A DNA stretch of 63,780 nt, filler included, from Reclinomonas americana ATCC 50394 (taxonomy: Eukaryota), in NCBI GenBank assembly GCA_048213135.1. It is 17 parts of 17 records of this genome, joined end to end, with 100 filler letters (N's around TTAATTAATTAA, not from the genome) between each part and the next. Parts side by side here need not be neighbours in the genome. Positions count along the whole stretch, not along the records: positions 26,977 to 38,076 come from AFZH01021915.1; positions 38,177 to 41,680 come from AFZH01021916.1; 15 more parts are not named here. One strand, given 5' to 3'. The notes below the pieces were generated by a model. That model was not told the DNA's origin and searched no databases. It saw nothing but the letters and a program-made list of their open reading frames with translations. Position numbers and translations under genes: made by a program. Below are positions 27,093 to 40,967 of the stretch, one piece after another; the first letter of the stretch is position 1; each line of letters starts with the position of its first letter.

Positions 27093-27124
<32 letters not shown>

Positions 27125-28972
27125 CTGCTGCTGATGATGCTGTTGCTGGCGAGTCTGTGGCGGCGGTGTGTGCTGTCCCTGCGAGGCGTAGTACGCATGC
27201 TGTTGTTGCTGTTGCGGCTGCTGCGGATGCTGCTGCTGCTGTTGCGGGTAATGCTGCGCGTACTGCGGATACTGGCCGTACATGTCGGGAGCACCGTGCT
27301 TCGAATACGGGTAGACTGCACCGGCGGCGGCACCGTTCGGCATGTAGCCGTATGAGCCGTCGTCGGTCCCCTCCACCTCGTAGCCGTCCTCGTACGGCTC
27401 CTCCACAACATCGCCGACAGGAACCGGTGCCGCCGCATGTGCCCGGCCATTCATGCCACCATGAGCGGCCGGCGGCAGCGGTGGCGTTGCCGTGGACGAT
27501 GATGTCGGCGTCGTGGTTGTCGGCGTGTTGGTCGTCGGCGTGGAGCTCGGCGTCGCCGTGGTGACAGTGGGCGGTGCGGGCGCCGCAGTTGCCGATGAAG
27601 ACGACGTGGGCGGACCGCCTTGCTGCTGTTGGTTTGCACGCGGCTGGCGCTTGTTGCCACCAGAACTGTACACGAGCGATAGATGAGCGCCGGCGGGCAA
27701 GGAAAAAGTCACGTTGAATTGAAACGCAACTTCTTGCCTAGTGGAGGGAACGGATCGGATTGATCAGGCGACAGGAGACCCGGCGGCATCACCACCAGCG
27801 GGAAATCGTGCTGCGTGTCAACACTCGGCGCCGACGGCTTCCCGTTGCTGGCCGGCCGCGTGGAAGCACCACCAGCCGAGTCGGTTGTCGATGTGACCGA
27901 CGAACCGTTGGCACCCGACTCTGCACCACCGCGTCCTCCACCACCACCACCGCGTCCACCACCACCTCGGCCACCGCGATCGGCACGAGGCGCACCACGG
28001 CCACCCGCTCCGTTACCACCACCATTACTACCGGCATTAGCACCACCACCGCGATCTCCACGACCACCACCACGACCACCAAATCCACCACGACCTCCGC
28101 GACCCGAACCGTGGCCATTGGCCTCCACCGCTTCACTACTTGCTGCGTGCGGCTGCGAAGGTGGTGGTGGTGCCGCCGATGCACCATGATCACGACGCAC
28201 ATGCGACGGCGGAGGAGGCGGCGGCGGCGCAGCGGTGGTCGTCGTCGTCGTCGTCGTGGTTGTCGTCGTCGATGACGCGTCAGCCGCAGTCTGTGGTCTC
28301 TTTCCACCACGCTGTCGACCGCCCTCTCCCTGCTGCTGCTGCTGCTGCTGCTGCTGTGGCCGCGCACCACCATTCGCTGCCGACTCGGGTCGCGGATTCC
28401 GCGGCCGCGGTTGCTGCTGCTGCTGCTGCTGCTGCTGCAGAGGTAGCTGAGGAGGAGGAGGAGGAGGAGGAGGCTGCGTTGTCGTCGGCGGCGGCGTTTG
28501 TTGTTGCTGCGCTGGCAGCGACTGCGGCTGCGGAGGTGGCGCATCACTGTTACTACGACTCTGTCTTCGCTTCCGCGGAACCTTCTTTGGCTTCACACTC
28601 CCACTCGATGCATCGCTACAACGCAAGGAAGCGATCAGCCCACAAGTGCACCAGTCGATTCCCACACAGACAGACAGACACACAGACGAACCCATTTGCC
28701 GCCACTGGTGCAGGAACGGCGGGAGCAGCGGTCGATGTCGACCCTGCGGAGGAAGGCGCAGGAGGAGGAGGCGGAGGAGGAGCTGCCGGAGACACCGGAC
28801 CTGATTGAACGGACACGATTTCTCAGTTCAGTGTACGTCATCCATCGCATGCGCGCACACACATACAACATCGCGCACACTCACTGACGCACACACATGA
28901 AGAGGAAGAGAGAGAGAGAGGGCGATTGGTGAACGAGAGAGCGAGTGATGTTAAAAGTGTCAAACTAGACAT
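26978..28972 (-). CDS. Low-complexity P/Q/T-rich and RGG-rich protein, possibly RNA-binding; 3' part in gap
   Basis: Exons joined in phase by GT-AG introns (donors ~28965, ~28691, 27730); RGG tract followed by DFP/FPPL motifs and a Q/Y-rich segment; start exon uncertain. Confidence 0.6.
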
Positions 28973-29355
28973 CTCCTCACACCAAACCCCCCTCTGCTCC
29001 TCAACTCCCCTGCTCGAGTGCACAATGACGGCAGCACAACACACATTCACCCAGAGGGCATGCGTGCGTGTGTGAGTGCGTGCGTGTGTGCGTGTTTGAC
29101 GTTGGACATCACACACATGCCACCACATATATTACAAAAATTCTCACCCGTCTCGTGTTCGCTATCGGACGAATCGTGAGCGACAGTGGAAGAGCCTCCA
29201 GTACGTCTGCGTCGGCGGGCAATCATCACGGCTTTGGGTGGGTAAAACAGGGAAATCGTGAAATGGGACAATGGGACAGATGAAGTCTGAAGTTTCTGCT
29301 TCACCGACAGCTCATGCGAATACAAAAGAAAAGACACTATCTACTCCACGCCACA

Positions 29356-31535
29356 TCACTCCTCATCTCCGAATTCCTCATCGATGGTGTCAAGCATCTC
29401 CATCATGGCGTCAATGTCCACCACTCCGTTGCCGTTGTTCACTGGTGGCGGCGGTGCAACAACCACTGGCGGTGCAAGGCGCGGCAAACCAAGCACACGG
29501 CTGGTCACACAAAAATAGTATGAAGTGAGGCGCACGGTCCGCGGTTGTTTTCGATTTCATATGCATGAAAAAAACACAAACCTGACGCGGCGATTGTACT
29601 CGACCACGGCGAACATGGGCTCCGTCAGCGCCTTGGGTGCCTCCGCCATGCCGATTGGGTTGAACTTGAACGGGATCAGCGGGTACCCCATGACACCGGA
29701 AAAGTCCAGGCTCACCACTGACAGTAAATTATGAGTGCGCACAAAACAAACATGTTGTGGGGGGAAGAAAAGGCGCAACAGTTGCCGAGGTAGCCAATGT
29801 GGGCGGCCGTGGGCAGCAGCGGCTGCACGCCGGTGCGCTGCCTGAGTGCGAGGTGCAGCAGCTTGCCGCTCTCAGCGTTCCACAGCGCCACAGTGTTCTT
29901 CAGAATGTGGGAGCTGGCTGACAGCTGCTGCGGACTGTATGTCGACGTGAAACGGTAGCCGAACTTGCCGCGGGTGGCGATCTTCGCCGGGTCCCACGTC
30001 ACGTAGTTGTTGGCGTTGGCGACGGTGAACTCGGCCAGGTACTCGTCGAGCTTCGCCTGCTGTCCGTTGATGATGGTGGTCGGGTTGACACTGGTGCTGG
30101 TGCCGCCGTACTTCTTTGGCTCCTCTGCGCAACCTCATCGTGTGTGAGCATCGCATGCATCGTGCGCGATCCGGTAGTGCGCAACACGAAGCACTCACCG
30201 CGCTGGCGATTGAAGATGAACGCCTTGGGCTCCGTGGCTTGCAGCAGCGTGGCGAGCACCGGATCGTTGTTCGGCAGCAGCTGATTGGTGTTGAACGGTG
30301 TAATCTCGTCGTCTGCCGCACCGCGCACGTCATGAGTGATTGGGAGAACACGGCAGCGGCGCACGCACGTAATCACACACCCATCGGTTGCGTCTTGTCA
30401 GAGTCGATGTCGAAGATCATGATGACGGCGCCAGTCTGCAGGTTGTCGTTGTGGATCTGGCCGAACGCGACGAGAGAAAGAGGGTGAGCAAGTGGGCAAA
30501 GAAGCATGCACAGCAGTCGGAGGCGCAACTGCGTGCTGGCGGGCGCGGACGCGAGCCAGAATCGTCTTGACTTTGGTGGCCGCCGCCAGAGGCACGGGAC
30601 CACCGTCTGCACACACACAACGATAGTACGTGAGCACGAGATCGCCCCAAACAAGTGGAGGGAGCACGCACCTGTCTTTGAGCCAAACATGAAATCCGAC
30701 AGCGCGCGGTTGTACTGCACGTTGTTGACCGTGTATGCCTCTCGCGTGCCAAGGTTCCTCGCAAAGTCCGCCATGGTGATGCCATTCAGGCGGAACCTAC
30801 GCGCGACCAATGAGTAGGGCATGGAGAGAGAGTGAGGTGTGTGTGTGTGTGGCCACCGCAACTTGATGTGCACGATCTCGCTCGAGTACGCCGTGAGGAA
30901 CTTGATCAGTCCGCGCTTCACCTGCTGCCAGTTCTGACCGCCGAATCCGCCCAAGCCAGCCGAAAAGTGCTCAAACAGCCATTCACCTCCCTTTGCCTTC
31001 AATCGCACATCAAACCAGCGCCATCCCGCGCACATCTCTATAGAGTCGAATGAGTGCATGAACGCACGCGCGCGCGATGGTTTCTCTCTCCTCTCAAACA
31101 GACGCAACGCTGCTTGATGGTCAGCGCATGCGTGCGTGCTGAGCTGTCCTCCGCCGTCTTACCCGTCGTCTTGGCGCGGATAGGCGGGTACAAGCCCGCA
31201 TCGTGACTGCCAGCAATGAGGATCTCATTCATGCGCAACTCCTTGAACCCCGCTCCCAGACGCCCCTGCACACACACACGAGTGAGCCAGCACACATAGA
31301 CGCATTACGAGAGCGGCACGCACCATCCAATCAGGCATCTGCGCACACAAAACGAGAAGAGTGTATCGTGTGAGTTGAGTGTGAGTGAGTGAGGGAAAAC
31401 CACCACTCATTCGTTCGCAACGTTGCTTGGCGAGTCCGCTGTGTCGGCGAGGTTCGCCGGGCAGATCGCCTGCACCGCGCCCGCGCATGCCAACACCAAC
31501 AAAACCACGAGGAAAAGCGCACTAAAACGCGACAT
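29356..31535 (-). CDS. Secreted PI-PLC X-domain (bacterial/PLCXD-like) phosphodiesterase, 11 exons including a 15-nt micro-exon (31324-31338, MPDWM)
   Basis: Signal peptide; PDWM..L..ILIAGSHDAG; QQMCAGWRWFDVRL; second His in WLFEH; EIVHIKF; NLVSLDF. Confidence 0.82.
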
Positions 31536-31666
31536 GCAAGCGCTCTCCAATAGACTAAAAGAACAATGAGAAAATATCCGCTCGCTCGCCCGCAGATATC
31601 CGAGATATCCGCGAGCATTTTGTTCTCTGTGTTTGTTTGTTGTTTTGTCTTGTGTGTGTGTGCGCG

Positions 31667-32344
31667 ATGAGAGCGATTGCGTTGTTGGCATTGGTGTTTG
31701 CACTGGTGGCATGTGTGGCGTGCGCGGAGCAGACTGAGGAGCAGTGGATGGACATGATGGAGCACTGTTGCGCCACACACACACACACTCTCTCTCACAC
31801 ACACACACCTGCTCACTCTTTCGCGCAGTGTCTGACGAGCAAGACGAGCTGAAGGAGATGAGCGACGACGTGCAAGTGTTTGCGCGCGCAGGAGTCGTTG
31901 TCACTGGACCGTATGCTGTGCAAAAGCGCGGTGGCAACTTTGACTCCAAGTGGCAAGATCGACGACTGTGGCTGGTCGACATGGGCGCGGGCCAGTTGCA
32001 GGATGGAGCGCGCTATCTCATTCGCTGGTCCTCTCTCTCTCTTCGTCTATGCACTCTTGCTCGCCTTCTCCTCATCATTGCTCACTGCGCACAGGTACAA
32101 GGAGGACAAGACGAGTGGACTCTTTGGTCAGAAGACGCCCAAGCACTTGCCGTTGAAGGATACGCAGACGTATCCGTGGCATTACTTCAAGACGGCGGAT
32201 GACTCGATTGTGGTGGTGGTGCCGGGCGGCGCCGATCCGTACGAGTACAAGGCCGATCCGAATGCGCCTGGTGGTGATTTCGGGGCGGTGCTGACCTTCC
32301 TGCAGACGGCACGTGCCAACCTCGTCATGCCTGTGCGTCAATGA
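31667..32344 (+). CDS. Small secreted protein: signal peptide, acidic segment, PH-like domain; exons 31667-31766, 31829-32027, 32095-32344
   Basis: MRAIALLALVFALVACVACA; QKRGGNFDSKWQDRRLWL, IRWYK, PKHLPL, YEYKAD and a terminal helix follow the PH pattern. Confidence 0.65.
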
Positions 32345-32421
32345 GACGATAGGGACAAGGCGTATCCTCTTGCGCGAGAGGAGAGTGAAGTGTGGCATAG
32401 TCGCATGGTTCTTCATTGTTC

Positions 32422-35400
32422 TTACGATGTGGCGGGCATGCCGATGACCACCCACGTGACGTAGGTCTCGTCGATGCCGGCGCCGCTGGTGGGTGTGACT
32501 GTCAGCTGTCCGTAGTTGCCGGCCGAGGCGAAGCCTTGTGCGGCGACGGCTCCACTCGGTGGCACAGCGGGATTCACTGACAGGGCCGCCACAGCCAACG
32601 TCTTCCATCCGCGCAGGAACAGAGCAGTCTTGAAGTCGGTCGACTTCAGCCCAAACGGCGTCTGTGTGGTGATCAGTGACACCACCACAGCGGCATTGCT
32701 GGCGTGCGTGGTTTCTGCGCGGAGGCGGTTTGAGAACAAAATAACAGCAAAAGAAAGGAGCGACCCAACACGCACCTCCCGACAGCATCACATAGCCGCT
32801 GTTGTTGTCCTTTGGCACCGTCGCCGAGCCAATCACAAGCGAGCGGAACTCCATCGACTGCATGCGACAGTCGGTGCGCACTGTCATTTTGACCTCGGTG
32901 GAGCCGGCCGACACCGATCCCAGCGACACCTCAAAGTTGTCGGACCGCACGTCGCTGGCAGACGATCCTGTCCGCAGCGTGTTGACGGCCGTCAGCGCGA
33001 GTGCCACCGACGGTGTCGTGCTGAACCCAAACTTGTTGTTGTTGACCAGCGTCTGCGATGTAAATGCGCGGTTTTGTTAGATTATATTTACACGCTCTCC
33101 TAGCAGCGCAGTCCATTACCTGCAAGGCGTTCTTGTTCGTGGCGAGGCCGAGCCATTGATTGCGCTGACTGGCCTTCACGTCCACGTTGTCGATGGTGTA
33201 TGCGTACGTCGCGTCAATGTACGTTGCAATATAGTCTGCGCGACAATAGTGAGGCGAAATGGACGCGCCGTGCCGTTGTTGGTTGATGGGGAACGCAACT
33301 GGTGATGAGCGTGGTGAACTGAGCACCACTGACAGCCGTGCACACCAGGGACATGCGCTGCATGGAGATGGTGGGCAGCGCACAGCGAAGGTTGGTGTCG
33401 CCCTGCGAGGTGTTGCTGAGGGTGGTGACGCCGATCAGAACGCGAGGGATGCCGGGGAAGGCCCTTGCAAAATTGTGCGTAATGGACACTGATCGGTTCC
33501 CGGAGCCGGTGCTCAGCTGAGACCAACAACGTCAGCTTGACATACGTGCATGTCTCGAATCGACATGTTGCCACTCACCGTGGTTCCCGCCTGGTTCGTG
33601 GTCACTGTGGACACTTGCGTGAGCATACCCGACGTCACTCGTGCCTTGCTGTTCGATGCCACCGCGTATGTTCCGCCTGGGGACATGGCGACACACAGAA
33701 TAAAGTCCGCGGCCTGCGAGGTGGTGACCGACACGGTGTATTCGTTGCAGGCTTGGGATCCGCTGCTGAGCAGACACGAGTCGGCGTCGTACACGCCCGC
33801 TTGATACGTATTCAGTGTGACGAGCGACGCTGCAGGCCAGCAGACACGGTCAGCAGCGTTGCAGTCACGGTGAAACAACGCAGAGACGACGCACAAGCAG
33901 CAGAGGCGCATGACAATCCCGCCGTGTAGTCCACTGCCTTGAATCGCGTGCAACTCGTGAATGACTTGTTGGATGACACGATTTTCACCGCTGTGGCCGT
34001 CGACAGCGGCACGTACGACGGTGAAACGAAACCGATTTCCGGCGCCACAAGCGGAGTGATGGTGAAGGTGATGCCGAGAGGGACGTATGTACCGTCTTGG
34101 AAACTGTGTGATTGACGAAGTGAGGAAGCTGTGAGAGTAGCAGCGTGGAAACTCGCAGGCACACGTGCGCACACGAACCGCACACAAATCTGGTACGTCT
34201 GCGCGGTGGCCAACGTACACGTGTTTGTCGTCACTCCCGACACGGTCGACAAGGTCGCCGCAATTTGCGTGCGTGTCACTCGGAGCGACGACAAAAATGT
34301 CAGGGCCAAGTCCAGCGACGCGCATGTCGCCGACGTGGACAAGAAGATGGAAGAGGAAAAGCCGCCGGGTGTCGATGGATGTGTGCCGCTGGCCGATGTC
34401 GCGGCCAGCTGGGGGAAGTTGTTGCCTTGGATCACCACTGGCTGCGACAGCAGGCCTTGCATCACAGAAGAAGGCTTGGCGGACAGCGCTTCATCTGGAG
34501 TGACACGGTGTGAGACCACCTACGGAGAGGCGTGAAGCTGGTGACAAAAACGTGAACGCAACAAATGGCAATCTTGGCCATGACATAGGAGCCGGTGAAC
34601 TCGGCCGCCGACACGCACAAGTATTGCGTCACGTAGGAGGGCTGGCCAGTGGCGTCGAACACAAACACCATCTGGTAGTTGGTCGTAACCGTGGTGATGG
34701 TGGGTCCGGTCATCACAGTGTTGACAGTGCCGGTGCAATCAGAGTTGGCACGCATGTTGAACGTGACGGTGGCGATGGTGAACGGGAGGCTCGCGGTGGC
34801 AATGGTGAGGTACACAGTCTGCGATATGCCGGCTCGAATACCAACGGTGGACGTCGAGGTGGGGTCCGATACTGCACATGGTCGTGAGCGCACAAGGGTC
34901 CAGTAAGGAAACAACGATGAGACCCACCCAGAGTCGACGTGTTGCCGGTCTCCACCGTGTACGACGTGGACACAGTCGACAGCGAGAAGGTTGGACGCGC
35001 CACTGCGGTGGTTGAACACAGCGCACAGGATTAGCACTGCCCCACGACTGCACACAGCAGCAGAAATTTGTTCATCGATAGGCACGCACATACAGTGAGC
35101 TGTCCACCATTCGACTTGGAGAAGGAACTCATTCCCGTAAACGTTCCGGCATATTGCACACTATAGCGGGAGTATCCCTGTCAATGCTCACGAGCGGCAA
35201 CGAAAAATGGATCAAGTGGAACGCACCACACAGCATATGAGCCCGCGGGAATGCTGTAGTCCGACGAGGTGACCAGCGTGTTGAGACGCGCCGAGGCGAC
35301 GCCAGCAAATGCGTACGGTCGCAGCAAGTAGCCCGTGAGGATCTGGTTGTTGCACGTGGTGCCAGAGACCAACCGTACAGCATCAGTGGCCAGCAATCCG

Positions 35401-37496
35401 TGTCCAGTCAGCGTGAGGAATACTCCTGCTAGCTGACCGGTAATGGTGGTGGGACTGAAGGAGTCCGACACGGCCGCTGCGCAAGCAAGCACAGCGAGTT
35501 CAGAATACACGCACACAGAGGACAAGAGTGCAGGGTACTAGCGCACTGATAATGTACGGAGTCGCAATAGAGTTGATCAGGGAGAGCGGATAGCCGACAA
35601 AATCCGTGTATCGAATGCTGCACACACACACATCCACGCATGAGTTGTCAAAGGTAAGCAATTCGGAGGTAGTGCGCCAGGCGACGCACCAGATGGCGTA
35701 GTAGCCGGCGGGGATCTTGTTATTGGCTGTCTTCATGGTCAACACCCAGGAGCCAATGCTGCCGGTGTACGACACCTCGGTCAGCTGGTACGACGTGCCG
35801 GTATTGCAGTGGAGACTGACATGGGAGCCGGGAATCAGGTACACATCGTCGGTGGATCTCAGAGCCGGGCCAGTGAGGGCGATTTGCACATCGGCCGTCT
35901 CCGACACAATGGTGGATGGCGTGTAGCTGTTGATTATCGGCACTGCAATATGGGAAGCTCGTAAGAATCGAGAAGTGCCCGTTCCCGAATACAAGAGGAA
36001 GAAAAAATCACCAGCCAGAACTCGCTGATTGGTTCCGACCGCGTAGAATGTGCCACCGGTCGGGAACTGCAGCTGAACGCTACGCAATTGCAGGAAGTAC
36101 GTGCGTGAGGAGATGCACGTGTGGTGGACGATACAAATGCGTGCACTGACTAACCAGACGGTAAAGGCGCCGGGAGGAATGGTGTTGGTGGAGGTCGTGG
36201 CAATGATGGTGCGAGCACCTTGTGACCCCGCTCGGCTGCCGGTGCTGGTTGCGTATGTGGTGCTACCGGGGCAGCTTGTGCCAGCCACGATGGTGACAGT
36301 GTCGACAAGTAGGCCGTGACCGGTGATGGTGATCTGCTGGCCCGCGGTCTCCGCAATAATCGTGCCCGGCGAGAAGCCGTTCAGCGTCTCCACTGGCGGT
36401 CACGCATTCAGAACGATCGTGGGACACACACACAATGCCAAACGACAAGACCACACACACCGACGGTGAGCTGAGAGCCGGAGGCGAGAACAAACGTGCC
36501 GGTGTAGTAGTATCGGATGCTGCAGCGCGCACGGGAGTTTGAGTGCAGACCACTCACTCACACGCTTGTGATATGAGAATGCAACGCACCACAGGTAGTA
36601 GAGGCCAGCAGGGACACTTGTGTCGGTCGTGCCTGCGCTGAGTACACGTGCCGTCGCCACGCCCTGGATCGTCGACAGCGTCGACAAAACGAATGTGCTG
36701 CCGCCGCACGCATTGGTGGTGGCCAGCTCGACAACATCGCCATTGGTCAGACCGTGACCAGTGAGAAACACGTACTGGCCGACGGTTTCAGAATCAAAGG
36801 TGCCGGGTGCCTGAGTGTATGACTCGACGGTTCCAGCTGCGCACTGGCAATCAGCGATCGTGCGTGCTCATGATCAGCAGCTGTCTGTGGGCGCACGTAC
36901 CGACGGTCAGTGGGCCACCAGAAACCTCACTCCAACCTCCATCTCCGTCATAGTCGATACTGCAGACGCACACGCGTGGGAGGAGATCTGCATGAGGGGG
37001 GACAAGAGACAACATACACACAATGCAGCGTTACCATACTCGGTACAGTCCAGAGCCGAGACCTGTGCCAGAGACAGTGGCCGTCTCCGAGTTGCCACTG
37101 CCTGAGACAGAGAGAGCAGTGCCAGCTCCGTCACAGCCTCCACTGCTCTGCAGCTTCAATCGTACTGCGTCGGTGCTCAAGAAGCTGAGAAACGTGCCAT
37201 TGATGGTGATCTGCGCGCCATTTGTCTCAGAGTTGATCGAGGATGGATTGAAGCCGGTAGCCGCGGCAGCCACTGTCGCAAGGCACACACGAGGATGAGT
37301 GAGACGCGCACAGAGAGTGCGTGCATGTGTGTGTGGGAGAGGGAGCCACAATCACCTCCATGGATCACTGTGCGAGAGTGAGTTGCGAGTGAGTTGATGA
37401 CGACAAGAAGCACACAGAAGGCCAGTGACACTTACCAGTGGCGAGTGACACCAGTGCGAGGAGCACCAGTGGTGCCCACGCGTGCGCTCTCCGCAT
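32422..37496 (-). CDS. Large secreted Thr-rich protein: signal peptide, about 8 ~100-aa Ig/IPT-like repeats, up to three C-terminal H-type-lectin-like domains; about 20 exons
   Basis: Repeats F.P.TI..ET....I.LTGHGL...D.V.L...T.C....IPAG.Y.VC; C-terminal ITHNFARAFPGIPRVLIGVTTL...TNLR and similar units; exons join in phase. Confidence 0.7.
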
Positions 37497-37838
37497 AATC
37501 CGTGAAGAAAGAGCAGAGTGGGGTTTTCGCGCCAAAAAATCAACCAAACTGTGAAGTTGAGTGATCGCTGCAACAAGACACTGATTATGACAAGAGAGGC
37601 AGGAGAGGTGGCAGCTGAAGAGATAATGGTGGAAGAAACAGCGATGAAGCAGCTGCGCTGCGGGGGTGACTGTGAACGAGAAAATCGATATCGCGACGTC
37701 GACGTTGTGTTTGCGGTAAAGCTTCTTGTGCTCTACAAACGCCTCAGTGCCACCTTTACGCGACACTGATCTGCGACACTGACCACTCGCGCATGAAGAC
37801 CCTCCACGTGTCCTGCACGTCTCAATTTCGTTCCGCAC

Positions 37839-40800
37839 ATGCAACACTCGAGCGCAGGTGTCACACAGCAATCAGCGCAGTTCCGCGAACGCTGGGAACG
37901 CGATGCTCCACTGAGCGAGTCACAGACTGTGCTCTTGCATCGACTGGAGGAGCACAGCTCTGCGCTCACAGGTCGCACAACAGCAACAACAACAGCGACC
38001 ACACACTCTGTGAGATACGCCACTGTAGACGCCTTCCTGGAGGCTCTTCAGCAGCAACGCGCGGGAACGTCAGCGCNNNNNNNNNNNNNNNNNNNNNNNN
38101 NNNNNNNNNNNNNNNNNNNNTTAATTAATTAANNNNNNNNNNNNNNNNNNNNNNNNNNNNNNNNNNNNNNNNNNNNAAACTGTGCGCAGGGAACGGACTG
38201 ATGATGATGATGATGAGCAGGAGGAAGAGGAGCTGCGACATGCGCGGCAAGTGGTCAATGAGTACAAGCAGACAGCATCGTCACTGGCACATGTGCTGCA
38301 GCTGCTGTCGCAGGTGGCCACGTTGCAGGCGAGTGCAGCCAAGGCCACACATCGATTGCATGCGGATTGCGCCACAGTGTTGGCGCAAGAGGTAAGAGCA
38401 GCAGCAGCAGCAGCAAGCTGAGAGTGGCGTGTTCACGTGTGTGTGTCGCAGGAACGATTGCGCGCAGTGGTGCAGAGCGTGGAGGAGCGCCTGAAGCACT
38501 TTGAGGTGCTCAATCGTGTCACGCGAGAGCTGTCGGGCGCGTCGGCACTGTCGCTGCTGACACTGGAGCGACCGACGCACGCGCGGCGAGATAGCGACAC
38601 CGAGTCGGTGGCCTCGAATGCCTCGTCGACTGCGGCGAGTGCCGGTGCATCGACGGGCCCGTCGTTCCCTCTCAAGCGATTGCTGCGCAAGTTGGATGCG
38701 GCGGTCAACTACATGCTGACCAACAGCGCCTTTAGCGAGAGCGGTGGCTACCTGGCCAAGCTGCGCACGGTGCAGTCGCGGTGCCTGGCGCTCCTGCGCG
38801 ATCACGTCACCAGCCAGGTGCGCGAGCTCACCGAGCAGCTGCAACGCGAGTCGAAGCCGGCCGGCGGACCCGGTTCGTTGGTGCGGCGGCGCTCGTCGCA
38901 GTCTGTCACTGCCGCGGCGGGCGCATCTGCGGGAAATGCAGCCGGCAGCGGCGAGGATCCCATGGCGCCGCGAGAGGGCGGACGTCTGGTCGTCAGCGGC
39001 GGTGAACGGTACGAGAGGCCGAATCCAATCCCCCTTTTCTTTTCCATTCTCAACTCCCTCCCTCCAGCGATACATCGGCCGTGCAGTACGTGCGTTTCCG
39101 CGCACTGGCCCAGCGCATGCGCCCGCTGATTGAGGAGATGGAGCGCCGCGCCTCACGGCGTGAACACGCCCTCTACCTGGAGGATGTGTTCGAGGCGTTT
39201 GTCATGTGCCGACGCGGTCTGCTGGCACCCACGCTGGCGGCGCGCATGGACTCACTGAAGATGCTGGAGCACGACTTGCCGTCGGTGGTGCGCGACGGAT
39301 GCTTGATGGTGCTGAACGTGGCGGCGCACGAGAGCGACTTGTGCGCGCAGTTTTTCTCGTCGCCCAACTTGAAGGAGTCGACGCAGTTACGTGTTGCGGC
39401 AGCTGGTGCAGTTGTTTACTTCATGTGATGGTCTCTCACCTCCAACGACAGCGCCTTCCTGGCCGAGGTGTGCCGCGAGCTGCAGAGCTGTCTGCGCCCG
39501 CTTATCATTCGGCAGCACTCTGTCGACGCGCTGTGTGCGGCCATTCGTGTGCTGCGCTCGGAAATCATGCTCCACTGCAGCGCACCCGCTGCGTCCTCCG
39601 TGGACGCGTCAAGCGGCGCTCCCGCCTCGTCATCTGCAGTTGTGTGATGAAATAATCAATGCTTCTCACCTTCGGTGTTCTGACTCGCGGGCACGCACAG
39701 GGCGCACCGGCGGCCTTCTCGGCCAGTGTCGGCGGCGTGCTCACCGAGCTGCAGGAGCGACTCATTTTTGTCGCCGAGCGCTTTGTGGAGACGCGCATCG
39801 CCGGCTTTGTGCCGCCCTCCAATCTGGAGCGCTTCCGCCGACCATCCGATCAGCTGGCGGCGCAGGCGGCGAAACGCTGGAAGTCGGAGACATGGGACGA
39901 CGACGACGATGGCTACGACGATCTTGATGGAGGCAATGGTGGTGGTGGTGGTGGAGGAGAGGGAGGAGGTGGTGGTGGTGGTGGCGATGGAGGCGATGGA
40001 GGCGAGGCAGCGTGCAACTGGTATCCGACGCTGCTGCGTACGCTGGAGCTGTTGAGCAAAATCTATCGAAGCCTGGAGGTGCGCACGTTCGAGAGCATTG
40101 CGCAGGAGGCGGTGCAGATTTGCACATCGACGCTGGTCGACATTAGCGAAAAGGTGGCGGCGCAGCTCGGCGAAGTGCAGGCGCACCTCTTTCTCATCTC
40201 GCACCTGCTGTGCTTGCGAGAGCACCTGTCGACGTTTCAGGTGGATTTCGCCAGGTTGGTGCTGTCGCACGCGCACGCACACACACATGCGCTCGCTTTA
40301 GCTCACTACGTGAACCCCTCCGCAGCACCGAGTACGTGCTGGATTTCACGCACGTTCCCGAGGTGTTTTCGCGACTGCTGCGCGGCGACAGCCAATCGCT
40401 GCTGGCCGAAGGCGTGTGGGGTCTCGTCTATCGCACCGGCGTGCAGCTGACGCAGGCGAGCTCCGATTCGAAAAAGGACTTGGAGCGGGCGTTGAAGCTG
40501 CGCTGCGAGTCGTTCATGATGATGGCCACACGCGCCGCCATTGGCCCGCTCCTCAACCACTTGTCGCGCCTGACGGCCGCCAAGGAGGCCGGCCAGCACG
40601 AGGTGTTTGAGGCGCTGCTGCGTCGCGAACGTGTGGCCGAGGTGCTGCGTGATGTGCGCGACGACGGTCTCTCCACGCAGTTGCGGCAGGTGTATCAGCA
40701 CATGTCGGTGCATCTGACGGACGCGGTGACCAAGAGCATCTTGTTGCGACCGGTGCGCTGCAACATTGTCGACTCGTTCGACCAGCTGGTCAGCTTTGCC

Positions 40801-40911
40801 GAGAGTCGCCTGCCCGACCTCTCCGCCAACGGCACAACGCCCGAGGGCGAGGAGCCGCTGCCGCTCAATCGCCTCTCGCTCGTCACCCTGCTCGATCAGG
40901 CGCTCTCATGA
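37839..40911 (+). CDS. COG3: Conserved oligomeric Golgi complex subunit 3 (Sec34)
   Basis: WE..APLS..Q, LKHF, YVRFRA, LRPLII...VD.LC, LQERLIF, WYPTLLRTLELLSKIYR, LFLISHLLCLREHL..F, DSKKDLERALKLRCESF. Confidence 0.93.
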
Positions 40912-40967
40912 GCCCCGACAAAGGGGAATGAATGAACGTTGTTGGGGTTTTTGTTGATTCATTTCTC

